From NCBI GenBank assembly GCA_964465685.1, contig CAYXKK010000011.1, positions 3,356-67,355 of the forward strand: a DNA stretch of 64,000 nucleotides. The letters are read 5' to 3'. Made by a program: the position numbers and the translations under genes. This document shows positions 39,744 to 50,369 of the stretch, piece after piece (position 1 is the stretch's first letter; every line of letters begins with the position of its first letter). Source of the DNA: an uncultured Melioribacter sp. GTDB taxonomy: Bacteria > Bacteroidota > Ignavibacteria > Kapaibacteriales > Kapaibacteriaceae. The notes under the pieces are model-generated. The model saw only the letters and a program-made list of their open reading frames with translations. It searched no databases and had not been told where the DNA came from.

Positions 39744-39759
39744 TGTTCCACGTGAAACA
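39744..39759. promoter_or_regulatory. parS site (TGTTCCACGTGAAACA), abutting the mnmG ATG
   Basis: Second identical copy, 60 bp downstream of the first. Confidence 0.9.
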
Positions 39760-41619
39760 ATGAATACGGCAAATTTCGACATTCTGGTAGTTGGAGGGGG
39801 CCACGCGGGTATTGAGGCTTCCATTGTGGCTGCTAAAATGGGTCTGAGGGTTGGTCTCATCTCTATGGACATCAACACGATAGGTCGCCTGTCGTGTAAC
39901 CCCTCTATTGGTGGATCGGCCAAGGGACACCTGGCTAAGGAGATCGATGCGCTGGGTGGTGTGATGGGACGCATTGCGGACGCGAGTGGAATTCAGTTTA
40001 AGATGCTGAACACATCCAAGGGTCCAGCTGTTTGGTCACCCCGTAGCCAGAACGACAAAGAGCTCTACCCTATCGCCGCGCAGAATCTTTTGCTTTCTAC
40101 TCCCAATCTGACGATCATATCAGAGACTGTGGTTGAGGTTATGGTTGGGGGTGGGTCGGTTTCAGGGGTTAAAACAGCCAGCAACGAGCATATCACAGCG
40201 AAGGCTGTGATCTTGTGCTCTGGTACCTTCTTAAACGCTGTAATGTGGACTGGTACAGAGAGCACTAAGGGAGGTCGTGTAGGTGAACGCTCGGCCGAGA
40301 GGATTTCAGACCTGTTGGCTTCACTTGGATTAGAAAAGGGGCGCTTAAAGACAGGTACGCCACCACGCATCGATAAGCAATCAATAGATGTTCGCCGATT
40401 CGATCCGCATAATGGCGACGAGAAACCGGTCCCATTTTCAATACATACGCATTCTGTACGTAATCAACTAGCGTGCTTTGCTACGAAGACAACGACTAGA
40501 ACACACGAGATTCTCCAAGAGGGTTTTTCTCGTTCACCGATGTTTACGGGTCTCATCACTGGGGCTGGACCACGGTACTGCCCTTCAATCGAAGACAAGA
40601 TCTTTCGATTTGCTGACAAAGACTCTCACAACATTGTCCTTGAGCCAGAAGGCCTTACTTCTAACACGCTTTATGTAAACGGTTACTCTACTAGCCTACC
40701 ACGCGATATTCAGGACGCCGGACTTCGTACTATTCCCGGGCTTGAGAATGCATCAATACTTCGATACGGATATGCAGTTGAGTATGACTTCTTCTACCCA
40801 TACCAACTAACATTCGGTCTTCAATCGAAGGCGCTCAACGGACTTTTTTTTGCTGGACAAGTAAATGGTACATCTGGCTACGAGGAGGCTGCTGCACAAG
40901 GTCTCATTGCTGGTATCAACGCAGCTCTCTTTGTACGAGGCGAGGGGTCGTTCGCCCTTCAGCGATCTGAGGCGTACATCGGGGTGATGATTGATGACCT
41001 AGTGAACAAGAACACAGAAGAGCCCTACCGCATCTTCACGTCTCTAGCGGAGTATAGACTTCTCCTACGGATCGATTCGGTGTACGATCGGCTTCTACCT
41101 TACGGTGTTTCATTTGGAATCATACCTCAGCACATCCAGAACAAGTTTGCGTTACAACAGCGCAGATCCAACGCACTGTTAACCGCGGTGAAATCAACAA
41201 AACTTACGCCTGCTACTATCAATCCAACATTAGAGCGTCTCAATGAGACGAGTATTCCCGAGCCTACCTCTGCACTGAACGTTGTACGTAGACCAAATGT
41301 CGGAGTATCAGATGTTTTAGAATTGATTGATGGGGTTGAAGGGGGCTTATACAGCGAGCACCCAGATGTTGTTCATCGTGTCGATACAGCAATCAAGTAT
41401 GATGGGTACATCGAAAAACTCCATCGTGACGTCGAGCGTTTTGCTGAGCAAGAGAAACTAGCTATCCCAACATCCTTCGTGTACTCTAACGTGAAAAGTC
41501 TCTCAACCGAAGGCAGAGAGAAGCTTGAACGGATACGCCCAGGATCGCTCGGACAAGCCTCACGTATCCCGGGCGTTTCAGCCTCAGATATCTCGATTCT
41601 TTCGTTGTACTTGCGATAA
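39760..41619 (+). CDS. mnmG: tRNA U34 carboxymethylaminomethyl modification enzyme MnmG (GidA)
   Basis: VVGGGHAGIEA, SCNPSIGG, RLKTGTPPR, GPRYCPSIEDK and GQVNGTSGYEEAAAQG motifs. Confidence 0.97.
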   Translation: MNTANFDILVVGGGHAGIEASIVAAKMGLRVGLISMDINTIGRLSCNPSIGGSAKGHLAKEIDALGGVMGRIADASGIQFKMLNTSKGPAVWSPRSQNDKELYPIAAQNLLLSTPNLTIISETVVEVMVGGGSVSGVKTASNEHITAKAVILCSGTFLNAVMWTGTESTKGGRVGERSAERISDLLASLGLEKGRLKTGTPPRIDKQSIDVRRFDPHNGDEKPVPFSIHTHSVRNQLACFATKTTTRTHEILQEGFSRSPMFTGLITGAGPRYCPSIEDKIFRFADKDSHNIVLEPEGLTSNTLYVNGYSTSLPRDIQDAGLRTIPGLENASILRYGYAVEYDFFYPYQLTFGLQSKALNGLFFAGQVNGTSGYEEAAAQGLIAGINAALFVRGEGSFALQRSEAYIGVMIDDLVNKNTEEPYRIFTSLAEYRLLLRIDSVYDRLLPYGVSFGIIPQHIQNKFALQQRRSNALLTAVKSTKLTPATINPTLERLNETSIPEPTSALNVVRRPNVGVSDVLELIDGVEGGLYSEHPDVVHRVDTAIKYDGYIEKLHRDVERFAEQEKLAIPTSFVYSNVKSLSTEGREKLERIRPGSLGQASRIPGVSASDISILSLYLR

Positions 41620-41621
41620 GG

Positions 41622-44093
41622 TTATCGCTGGATGACAACCTGACGCGTAACGGTTCCCTTTGACGTTACTACAGACAGCATGTAGACGCCGCTCGGTAAG
41701 TGTTGCACATCGAGGCGTGTACCGACACCAGTAGCTGATTCACGGTGGACCAACTCGCCGGTCGATGAAAACAACAAAGCTTCAGACACCTCGTGCTCCG
41801 TCGATACAAACAGCGATGATGAAGCTGGGTTCGGCATCACAACGCAGTTTACTGGCGTTGTTTCCTCTTGAACAGAGACAAGAAGTTTTAGAATGGTGAT
41901 GCGCTTATCTGTTGTTTGATCAGATGCAACAACCTGATTTCCATCACGCGAGCGGATGACGATATCATATCCTGACCCTTCAGGTACTGATACCGGAATC
42001 TTCCATAAGAACCCGCCTGATGAAGCGCGAACGCTATCGACAATAGTGTGAACGAGTTGTCCATCACGAAGGAGTTCGATAGTGGCAGCTCCTGGGATGT
42101 TTGTCTCCCACGTGATTGCATAGGCAGAATCCTGCATCCATGAAACTTGGGTGGCTGGTGTTACAACCTCGACAAACGCATCTACGAGTTGGAACGAATC
42201 CTGGGCTGGTTCGCTCATCTCTACACCAGGAATCACGTCGCTCCAGAGCGCTTGCGACGTCCAGACATACATACCTGGTTCGTTCAACTGCATTGGATTC
42301 GATGCAAGAAGGAGTTTGTCCGAGTCTGTCGTGACTGTAATGTTTCCGACAGCGCCCGAAGGCGTTTGCCGGTACACTTCGATCTTATACGATCGAGTAT
42401 ATCCTTGCCCTGATGATTGAAGAAGGACAGGCTGTTGCACAAGGAGTCGCTTACCACCAACAGGCTGAATCTGCTTCGGTGCACGAAGCTTATCAATCTG
42501 TTGTGCTCGTGGAACCCCGAAGCAAAACTCTCCCACTTGTGTTGTGTCAACTATAAGTTCCTCTGTTACGGGGTTGTATCGTGTGCGAAGAGCTGTAAAC
42601 GCCCCCTTATCTATCGTGTCACGACGATAGACTACCAGTGATGCTGGGTTGGGCAGACCGAGTGTTGGTGCGTGAAAACGAAACTCTCCAGCATGCTCTA
42701 CCATTCCCTCTTGTGTAATAGTCACACGGGTTGGTGCGATATACGCTGGTGAAACTGTCTTGACCGCCGAATCACCAACGCGCTCAACCCATCGTGGGTT
42801 TAGTGGTGATGTTGTGTAGCGTACTGCTGTGGTTGTGTTGTAGAAGAATGATATCAAGGTGTGATAGGTGATCTTCAAGCCTACAGTGTCGAGACCACGG
42901 GTGTATGTGTATGTGTTTGTCGGAAGAATTTCATCGATCAACACAGAGGCTCGTGGACGTCCGTACAGCGGATCAATCTTTTCTGCTTTGTACGGAAACA
43001 TCATTGATGGCAACTCAGCTTGAAACACTACATCTCCAGCTGGAGATACCTCGTTAACAACGGTGCGGTTTTCCAGGATAGCCGATCCCCATGCCAACAA
43101 GCGGTTCCCATTTGGAAGTGTTTGCATTGCACCTTGCACACCTGCATAGATGTCGGGCGTATGACGATACTGCCATACAAGCTTGCAGGTCTTGTTGACT
43201 TCGTCTAGTTCATACTCAACACCACGGGACCACTGAGGTGTTCGTTGTGTTCCATTGTCGAACAGAGAAATGTTACCGTTTGGTAGACGTCGAATATCGT
43301 GCTGGTACGAGAACTCTGGAGGATCGGTGATCGATGGATCTGCTGAGAATGTGAACTGATTGAGTTTACCTCCGAGAATCCACATCACCTCGCCTGTTAC
43401 GCGGTTAATCTTCGCAACCATTGACGAATGTCGTGCACTGATCAGAAAGTTTCCATCTGTATCCACATCAACGGCGTTGAGGTGGAAGTATCGAATTGAT
43501 GGCGATGTGAGATTCTCATATGCCACAGTCACCGGAAAATGATCAAGAGAGCGCCATTGAAAAATGATCTTCCCATCTGGATCGAGCTCTTGAAGGAGCA
43601 TTTGTTGAACATCTGCTGCTGGGTGACCACCAGAAACAAGTTTTGACATGTCTACAGTGAGGTTTTGCTGCAGAACGACCAATCTATTTCCATTAGGCAG
43701 CACCATGAACGAGTGCATTGCAAGATTGTATCCGTTCTGCAGGCTCTGAATGGAGTCGACTGTGTTCAACGTCGAATCAACGAGATAGATCGACGTAGCG
43801 GCGCGTGGCCCTGTTCCCGCAGCTTGAAACACAGAGTATCCAAATCGTCCATCTGCTAGCGGACGGAAGTCAAATGCATATTCCGGGATAAATCGCGAAC
43901 GTACCACCGACCCATCATTGCCCAGAACTATGAGCGAGGGGGCATACGGGGGCGCCGGAACACGGGAGTTTGGAGCAATCAGAATGTTGCCGGGTGCAGG
44001 TGTAGTGTTCTTAGTGATCACTACTGGTGGTAATGTCTGCGCGAACAGTGAAACAGAGCCGATAAGCAAACAAAGTGCAGTAAGAAGCTTCAT
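41622..44093 (-). CDS. Divergent ASST-like propeller + unnamed domain + Kre9/KNH-like Ig domain + T9SS type A CTD
   Basis: AMH, YFHLNAV, SARH, FSYQH and FDNG motifs; PNPA...LPSGVY tail; signal peptide ending FAQ. Confidence 0.8.
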   Translation of the reverse strand: MKLLTALCLLIGSVSLFAQTLPPVVITKNTTPAPGNILIAPNSRVPAPPYAPSLIVLGNDGSVVRSRFIPEYAFDFRPLADGRFGYSVFQAAGTGPRAATSIYLVDSTLNTVDSIQSLQNGYNLAMHSFMVLPNGNRLVVLQQNLTVDMSKLVSGGHPAADVQQMLLQELDPDGKIIFQWRSLDHFPVTVAYENLTSPSIRYFHLNAVDVDTDGNFLISARHSSMVAKINRVTGEVMWILGGKLNQFTFSADPSITDPPEFSYQHDIRRLPNGNISLFDNGTQRTPQWSRGVEYELDEVNKTCKLVWQYRHTPDIYAGVQGAMQTLPNGNRLLAWGSAILENRTVVNEVSPAGDVVFQAELPSMMFPYKAEKIDPLYGRPRASVLIDEILPTNTYTYTRGLDTVGLKITYHTLISFFYNTTTAVRYTTSPLNPRWVERVGDSAVKTVSPAYIAPTRVTITQEGMVEHAGEFRFHAPTLGLPNPASLVVYRRDTIDKGAFTALRTRYNPVTEELIVDTTQVGEFCFGVPRAQQIDKLRAPKQIQPVGGKRLLVQQPVLLQSSGQGYTRSYKIEVYRQTPSGAVGNITVTTDSDKLLLASNPMQLNEPGMYVWTSQALWSDVIPGVEMSEPAQDSFQLVDAFVEVVTPATQVSWMQDSAYAITWETNIPGAATIELLRDGQLVHTIVDSVRASSGGFLWKIPVSVPEGSGYDIVIRSRDGNQVVASDQTTDKRITILKLLVSVQEETTPVNCVVMPNPASSSLFVSTEHEVSEALLFSSTGELVHRESATGVGTRLDVQHLPSGVYMLSVVTSKGTVTRQVVIQR

Positions 44094-44173
44094 CGTGGTG
44101 TACTCTCAAAGGAACAATGTGAAAAGGAGTGTAAATCACTCTTTTCGTTACAGGAGCCATGACAGACAAACCG

Positions 44174-44181
44174 TAAGTTTG
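44174..44181 (+). promoter_or_regulatory. -7 promoter element (TAAGTTTG) upstream of serS
   Basis: Exact TAnnTTTG in a divergent intergenic region. Confidence 0.5.
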
Positions 44182-44219
44182 TGACAGACACGCCCCTTTA
44201 CACCTGCAATTTCGCCTCT

Positions 44220-45479
44220 ATGATCGACATTAAACTCATCCGAGAACAACCAGATGTTGTTCAACAGAATTGCATCAAAAAGAACGACTCGACGGATGTG
44301 AACGAAGTGGTCGTGCTCGACCTTCGTCGACGTGAGATCATTCAACGTGTCGAAGATCTCAAGAGTACGCGCAATGCTGTTTCGCAAGAAGTCGCTGTAC
44401 TGAAGAAGCAAGGGGCAGATGCTTCTGCGTTGATTACTTCCATGCGTGAGGTAGGTGATGAGATTAAGAGTCTCGATGATGAGTTGCGTGGTGTAGAAGA
44501 GCAGATTGAATCAATTATGCTTCGTATTCCCAACATCGCCCATGAGAGCGTGCCTGTTGGACGTGACGCGAGTGCGAACATCGAGATTCGGCGCACTGGT
44601 GAGTGTGCAGATAAGGCCCATCGTGTAGATCACATTGAGATCTCGAAGCGACTTGGTATCCTTGATTTTGAGCGTGGTGCAAAGGTCACTGGTGCTGGAT
44701 TTGGATTCTATGTTGGGAAAGGGGCTCGCCTTGAACGAGCATTGATCAACTTCTTTGTCGATGTGAATACCGACACACACGGGTACACAGAAATGCTTCC
44801 GCCGTTTGTCGTGAATGCGGATTCATGCAGAGGAACAGGTCAGCTCCCTAAATCCCAAGAAGACATGTTTCACGCAGAGCGTGACGATCTGTATTTGATT
44901 CCGACAGCTGAAGTACCTCTGACGAATTTTTATCGCGATGAAATCCTGCAAGGGGGCGACCTCCCTATTCGCTTTGCTGGATACTCCGCGTGTTTCCGTC
45001 GTGAAGCAGGAAGCCATGGTAAGGACACTCGTGGTTTTCTGCGTGTGCATCAATTCAACAAGGTCGAGCTGGTAAAGTTTGTTCGACCTGAAACGTCGTA
45101 CGATGAACTTGAATCGCTCGTGGGTAATGTTGAGTACATTCTTCAACAACTTGGCTTAACATATCGCGTGCTTCTCCTGTGCACAGGCGACATGTCGTTT
45201 GGTGGAGCTAAGACATACGATCTCGAAGTATGGTCGCCTGCCGAGCAGCGATGGCTCGAAGTGAGCTCTTGTACAAACTTTGAAGCCTTTCAAGCTCGTC
45301 GTGCTGGAATCCGATTCAAAGACGGTGGTGGTAAGCCAGAATTCGTTCATACACTGAATGGGAGTGGATTGGCTACATCCCGAATTCTTGTTGCTCTCCT
45401 CGAACACTATCAGCGGGAAGACGGTCACATCGATATTCCTGGGTGTCTGCAACCATACTGCGGTTTCGATGTGATTTGA
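44220..45479 (+). CDS. serS: Serine--tRNA ligase
   Basis: [35 protein letters not shown] and HTLNGSGLA motifs. Confidence 0.97.
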   Translation: MIDIKLIREQPDVVQQNCIKKNDSTDVNEVVVLDLRRREIIQRVEDLKSTRNAVSQEVAVLKKQGADASALITSMREVGDEIKSLDDELRGVEEQIESIMLRIPNIAHESVPVGRDASANIEIRRTGECADKAHRVDHIEISKRLGILDFERGAKVTGAGFGFYVGKGARLERALINFFVDVNTDTHGYTEMLPPFVVNADSCRGTGQLPKSQEDMFHAERDDLYLIPTAEVPLTNFYRDEILQGGDLPIRFAGYSACFRREAGSHGKDTRGFLRVHQFNKVELVKFVRPETSYDELESLVGNVEYILQQLGLTYRVLLLCTGDMSFGGAKTYDLEVWSPAEQRWLEVSSCTNFEAFQARRAGIRFKDGGGKPEFVHTLNGSGLATSRILVALLEHYQREDGHIDIPGCLQPYCGFDVI

Positions 45480-45993
45480 TGACGTTCGAATATCGCACAA
45501 CTCACGAAACTCGATTTCCACTTCACTACTATACTCTATCTCTTTTCTTCTGTTCTTCTGAAGAGAAAACAGCTCTGGTGATGATGATGATATACTGTGG
45601 ATACGGTGAATAACACGCCACAAAATCGTCTATCCTCTTGAAATTTAAATGCCTTACTCTTACCTACACCTACTACATACAATGTGGGTATCTCGTCTGT
45701 ATTCACCCATTATCCCGAAGAACCAGGGATAATTTTTACTGGTGATCCACATCCCTGTGGACGGAACAGAAACCTTTGCACCCTCTCTACCCACCCAAAC
45801 ACCAAGTTTCGGGGATAACCCACATTCACCACCCACCTATCCAGATTTACTAAACACGAAATACACATACAAACTATAACTCTAGATACTTCAAGCACTT
45901 AAACATCCCCAACACATATGACACCCAGCGAATATGTGGATAACCAAACAAAACCCGTAACCGATAACCGGTTTCCATGGTTGTTAGGGTCGT
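45480..45993. other. Putative chromosomal replication origin (oriC)
   Basis: 514-bp AT-rich non-coding spacer. Perfect DnaA box TGTGGATAA at 45935-45943; near-boxes TGTGGATAC 45596, GGTGAATAA 45605, TGATCCACA 45743, CGGGGATAA 45810, TAACCCACA 45816. About 6 kb from the parS pair and near mnmE/mnmG. Confidence 0.7.
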
Positions 45994-48030
45994 ATGATCA
46001 TACTAGCCTTACTCATTCACCTACTTGCGACGGTGGCTTCAGCTTCCGATACCCACCCACGCCCTGTTATCGTAGAAAATTCCCGAGTCGCTGTCTCCGT
46101 GCAGGGAAATCCATCACCTGGATACTTTCTCATTGGATCGATCGACACAGATTCAGTCGGCCTTATAGATAACGCAGGAGTCCTCATACTCCCACGACAA
46201 ACGGGTCCCGCGGCTAACATTACCCCTACTCCGTATGGAGGATTGACATACTACCACGGTAATCTTGGGAAGTACGTGGTCCTGGATGCCACACTCCAAC
46301 CAATCGACACGTTTGGGGTCGAAGCTCCCTACACAACCGACTTTCATGAAGGCTACCAAGTTCGTGGACGACGGTACATTGTGTTGGGCATTGAAGAGCG
46401 CGCCATCGATATGTCGTCACTCATCGCAAATGGACGCTACGACGCTGTGGTGTTGGGCGCGATCATTCAAGAATTTGATCGGTATGGCAGAAAGACTTTT
46501 GAGTGGAAATCACTCGATCATATATCTCCCCTTGAAGCGACTCCTGACATTGATCTGCGAAACAAGCGCATCGACTACATCCATGTAAACTCAATAGCCG
46601 AGGATGCTGATCGAAACTTCCTCGTTTCATGTCGCAATCTAGATCAGGTTATCAAAATCAATCGAGCAACCGGCAGTATCATGTGGCGACTAGGGGGCAC
46701 AGCAGCCTCCCGATCGGATTTCTCAATCGTCAACGACGACAATAGTGGGTTCCACGGTTTCTCACATCAACACACGCCTATTCGGGCTCGAAATGGCGAC
46801 CTCGTATTGTTTGATAATGGGAACCTCCGCCCTGTTCCATTCTCTCGAGCTGTAGCATACAGATTGGATGAAGAGTCCAAAACTGCAACCAAGACCTGGG
46901 AATACACCTCACCTGAGATGCAGATTTCAACTGCTATGGGAAGTATCCAAGAGTTGCCAAACGGCAACCTGTTGATTGGCTGGGGAAGTACACCAACAGG
47001 GCTTGTTGCTTCAGAAGTAGACCGCAATGGGAACATCCACGCTGAAGTCACCACCAGCACACCGTTGTCAACCCCATACCGCGTTCGTAAAGGTATGATT
47101 GGTATGACAGCTTCTACGCGATCTATCGATACAATTGGTCGTGTAGGGTTTGCCTCATTTGACAGTACAACACGTGTTGCTCTGGATGTGGAGGTGGTTC
47201 GTGCAACAACGCCTATCACTGTAGAGAAACACAACTATGCTCCGCACAACCTTGGGTTTTCAGAATCAACTCCATGCAATATCATCCCGATGCGTTGGGT
47301 GGTCCGCGGCGTTGACACAACACAACTACGTGCTCGCATCTTGTTTGATTGTTCGCGCCTACTCGGAGATGTAGACGTAGCAGACATTGATGTGTACTAT
47401 CGGGAACACGAGGGTGATGGGCTCTTCACGAAACTCGTACGTGAGATTGTTCCTGGATCACAGACAATCACAGCTCCCGTGGCTCGATCGGGTGAGTATG
47501 TTGTAGCTGCACTCTATTGTACACAACCCACGTTACGCGTCCCAAACAATAACAGTGTAGTTGGCACATCAGTCCAAATGGAGTGGACGGAAGCACTAGG
47601 TGCAGACGGTTACGAACTTGAGGTTTCAGAAGATCCGTCGTTCTCTAACGAAAGTTCATTGTACCGGACCTTGTATAACGATACGACGCTTTCGGGATTC
47701 TCTCAGGGCGTAACGTACTTCTGGCGTGTCCGAGTTATTCGCCAACCCGAAGTAGGTCCATGGACCATGCCTTGGTCGTTTACCATACCACTCGCAACTT
47801 CTGTAGATCGTGATGATACCAAACCATCAATACAGCTTCGTGGAACGGTTATCGATATTTCTCAAGACCATAATCCGGTATCACTAGATCTCTACGATCT
47901 AACTGGACAACTCGTGATACACACACTCTCTACCGATCACACAGACATAGCACACCTCCAACGAGGCGTCTACATTGCTGTTGTCACAACATCCTCAGGC
48001 CGAATATACCGCGCAACGATTATGCGGTAA
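45994..48030 (+). CDS. ASST-like propeller + unnamed domain + one FN3-like repeat + T9SS-like CTD
   Basis: DFHE, DYIHVNS, SCRN, FSHQH and FDNG motifs; YFWRVR; YDLTGQ...GVYI tail. Confidence 0.8.
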   Translation: MIILALLIHLLATVASASDTHPRPVIVENSRVAVSVQGNPSPGYFLIGSIDTDSVGLIDNAGVLILPRQTGPAANITPTPYGGLTYYHGNLGKYVVLDATLQPIDTFGVEAPYTTDFHEGYQVRGRRYIVLGIEERAIDMSSLIANGRYDAVVLGAIIQEFDRYGRKTFEWKSLDHISPLEATPDIDLRNKRIDYIHVNSIAEDADRNFLVSCRNLDQVIKINRATGSIMWRLGGTAASRSDFSIVNDDNSGFHGFSHQHTPIRARNGDLVLFDNGNLRPVPFSRAVAYRLDEESKTATKTWEYTSPEMQISTAMGSIQELPNGNLLIGWGSTPTGLVASEVDRNGNIHAEVTTSTPLSTPYRVRKGMIGMTASTRSIDTIGRVGFASFDSTTRVALDVEVVRATTPITVEKHNYAPHNLGFSESTPCNIIPMRWVVRGVDTTQLRARILFDCSRLLGDVDVADIDVYYREHEGDGLFTKLVREIVPGSQTITAPVARSGEYVVAALYCTQPTLRVPNNNSVVGTSVQMEWTEALGADGYELEVSEDPSFSNESSLYRTLYNDTTLSGFSQGVTYFWRVRVIRQPEVGPWTMPWSFTIPLATSVDRDDTKPSIQLRGTVIDISQDHNPVSLDLYDLTGQLVIHTLSTDHTDIAHLQRGVYIAVVTTSSGRIYRATIMR

Positions 48031-49039
48031 CGTGATGCTGATCGATAAACAATCGACACAGATCTACAGTCGCCTGAATACCGTCGACGTGTGTACGCTC
48101 CATCCCGTGCGATGCATGAACACCTGGTCCGATGAGAGCTACGCGCACATCTCCTCCTGCTCTCCACAGTGCTGTTCCATCAGATGAGTAGAACGGGTAG
48201 ACATCAACGGCGTGAGGAATGTTGTGTTGCTCGGCGAGTTGTACAAGGCTCGTGCGGAATCCATAGTCATATGGACCACCTGAATCCTTTGCGCAGATGG
48301 AGCACAAGTGCTCAGCACCTGTGAGTTTGTCCCCCACCACACCCATATCAATGACCAACACATCGCGCACGCTTGATAGATAGGCAGGTGCACCACCGTG
48401 ACCAACCTCTTCATACGTGCTGAAGAACAACTCTACCGGTGGCTTTTGGTCAGCCTTGGCATAGTGTCGTGCTAGCTCAAACAGAACAAAACAACCCGCC
48501 TTGTTATCGAGGAAATGACTTTTGATGTAGCCATTAGCGAGGGCTTGATACTTCGGTTCAAACGCGATGATATCTCCAACACGGATTCCAAGCCCCTTAA
48601 CATCATCTGCATTCGAGACCCGCTCATCAAGACGAATGTACATGTTGTCTATCGAGCGCTCAATCGATGATGCTTTGTTGTTCGCATGCGTTGAGGGGTT
48701 TGAAAGCAGAAGTGTTCCATCGATCGTGCGGCCATTCATTGTGTGAACGCGTACATACGAAGATTCGAAACTCGGAAGCAGGGGTCCGCCGAGAAGCGAG
48801 AACCTCAATCCACCATTACTCTCAATCGAGGATACAATTGCACCCAAGGTATCTGTGTGGGCAGCGAGCGCAATAGTTGGGTTTGGCCCTAATGAGCACC
48901 GTACAGCACCCTTCTTCGTGAGTTCCGGAGAATACCCATACCCCCGCAACACATCCACGATGTATGCTGCAGCATGGTGCGTATATCCAGACGGCGAGTC
49001 AATATTGATGAGGTTCTCGAGCTGCTTCAGAGATTCCAT
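48020..49039 (-). CDS. M42 family metallopeptidase
   Basis: SPSG, AHTDTLG, LDNKAG, YEEVG, DMG, KDS and SHGMER motifs. Confidence 0.88.
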   Translation of the reverse strand: MESLKQLENLINIDSPSGYTHHAAAYIVDVLRGYGYSPELTKKGAVRCSLGPNPTIALAAHTDTLGAIVSSIESNGGLRFSLLGGPLLPSFESSYVRVHTMNGRTIDGTLLLSNPSTHANNKASSIERSIDNMYIRLDERVSNADDVKGLGIRVGDIIAFEPKYQALANGYIKSHFLDNKAGCFVLFELARHYAKADQKPPVELFFSTYEEVGHGGAPAYLSSVRDVLVIDMGVVGDKLTGAEHLCSICAKDSGGPYDYGFRTSLVQLAEQHNIPHAVDVYPFYSSDGTALWRAGGDVRVALIGPGVHASHGMERTHVDGIQATVDLCRLFIDQHHVTA

Positions 49040-49060
49040 GTCGTGTCAACAGACTATTGG

Positions 49061-49068
49061 TAGGTTTG
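49061..49068 (+). promoter_or_regulatory. -7 promoter element (TAGGTTTG) upstream of the M16 peptidase
   Basis: Exact TAnnTTTG in a divergent gap. Confidence 0.5.
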
Positions 49069-49118
49069 CAGAAGTACTCGGCGAACCTACAACACACATC
49101 GTTACTAACAAGCTACTC

Positions 49119-50366
49119 ATGGCAGCTATCACGCCTCACGTTTCAACACTCTCAAATGGTTTGCGCCTAGTTGTGTGCCCAGATCCCTCAACACCAGTGG
49201 TTAATGTGACCGTGATGTATCGCGTTGGATCGCACGATGAGCATGCTGGGAAGACAGGGTTAGCGCACTTGTTCGAGCATCTCATGTTCGACAACGCGGC
49301 ACCTGAACAAGACAAGATGTACGACTTGTACTGCACGAAGGCTGGAGGCTCAAACAATGCGTACACGACGTTTGATTACACGTGTTACCACATCGACCTA
49401 CCAGCGCACCAAGTCGAACTTGGCATGTGGCTCGAATCTGAGCGTATGAGAGCGTTTCGCATTACCGATCATGCTCTTCAAACGCAACGCAGTGTTGTGA
49501 TTGAGGAAATCAACCAGAACGTGATTAACCAGCCGTACGGCGTCTGGCGCAAAGCGCAGCAACAACTCTGCTATGCACCTTCATCTTCCTATTCGTGGGA
49601 TGTCTATGGCTCAGCAGAAGATGTAGCCGGTGTTACAATGGAAGATGCGCACGCTTTCTTTACCACGTTTTACCATCCTTCGAACGCGGTGTTGTGTGTT
49701 TCGGGTGCGATAACAGTCGAGCGCGCCCAGGAGCTGGCATCAATTCACTTCGAGAATATTCAACACCCCACACCCACACTTGAACGAACAACCTTTTCGT
49801 CCGATGCATGCTATCGTGGTGTGCACATCAGCATCCCTGATACTGTTCCGATGGCCGCTACATATGTAAGTGTTCACTTACCTGGATTTCTCTCTAACGA
49901 ACTTCTCGACGCAGAGCTCGCAGCAACAATTATTGGGACTGGCCGTAGCTCAATACTGTACAAGGACCTTGTCGCAAACCGTCAGATCGCGTCGAGCGTT
50001 GGAGCATTCGTGGACCGCCGTGCTCATACATCACTCCTCACCATGTATGCATTTGCAGCAAATGAGAACGTCTCCGCGGAGCAGTTAGCAACAGCCATCC
50101 ACGAGGCAATCGCAGGTGTCACACTAACACAGGCCAACCTTGATGCTGCTTGTAACCGACTTCGGACGAGCCATGCGGCAGAGCTGCAAAAGGCGAATGG
50201 AGTAGCAGACACGGTTGCGTGGACCACATTGTTTTGGAACAATCCTGAATACGTCAACACGGTATTGTCCGCGTATACCAACGTTCCGCTTCAACACGTT
50301 GCTACCATACTCGAATTGTGTGCAGGTCCACAGGAATGCGCGAGACTTGATATTGTACCGCAATAG
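49119..50366 (+). CDS. M16 (pitrilysin) family zinc peptidase
   Basis: GLAHLFEHLMF inverted zincin motif, NAYT, LESERM and YHPSNA. Confidence 0.9.
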   Translation: MAAITPHVSTLSNGLRLVVCPDPSTPVVNVTVMYRVGSHDEHAGKTGLAHLFEHLMFDNAAPEQDKMYDLYCTKAGGSNNAYTTFDYTCYHIDLPAHQVELGMWLESERMRAFRITDHALQTQRSVVIEEINQNVINQPYGVWRKAQQQLCYAPSSSYSWDVYGSAEDVAGVTMEDAHAFFTTFYHPSNAVLCVSGAITVERAQELASIHFENIQHPTPTLERTTFSSDACYRGVHISIPDTVPMAATYVSVHLPGFLSNELLDAELAATIIGTGRSSILYKDLVANRQIASSVGAFVDRRAHTSLLTMYAFAANENVSAEQLATAIHEAIAGVTLTQANLDAACNRLRTSHAAELQKANGVADTVAWTTLFWNNPEYVNTVLSAYTNVPLQHVATILELCAGPQECARLDIVPQ

Positions 50367-50369
50367 TTG

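Noticed and set aside
39676-39759. N-terminal extension of MnmG with a repeated NVPRET peptide
   Set aside because: It is simply the translation of the two parS sites; ATG 39760 fits the usual MnmG start.
45480-45993. tRNA, ncRNA or CRISPR array in the large spacer
   Set aside because: No cloverleaf or regularly spaced repeats; the DnaA-box content explains it better.
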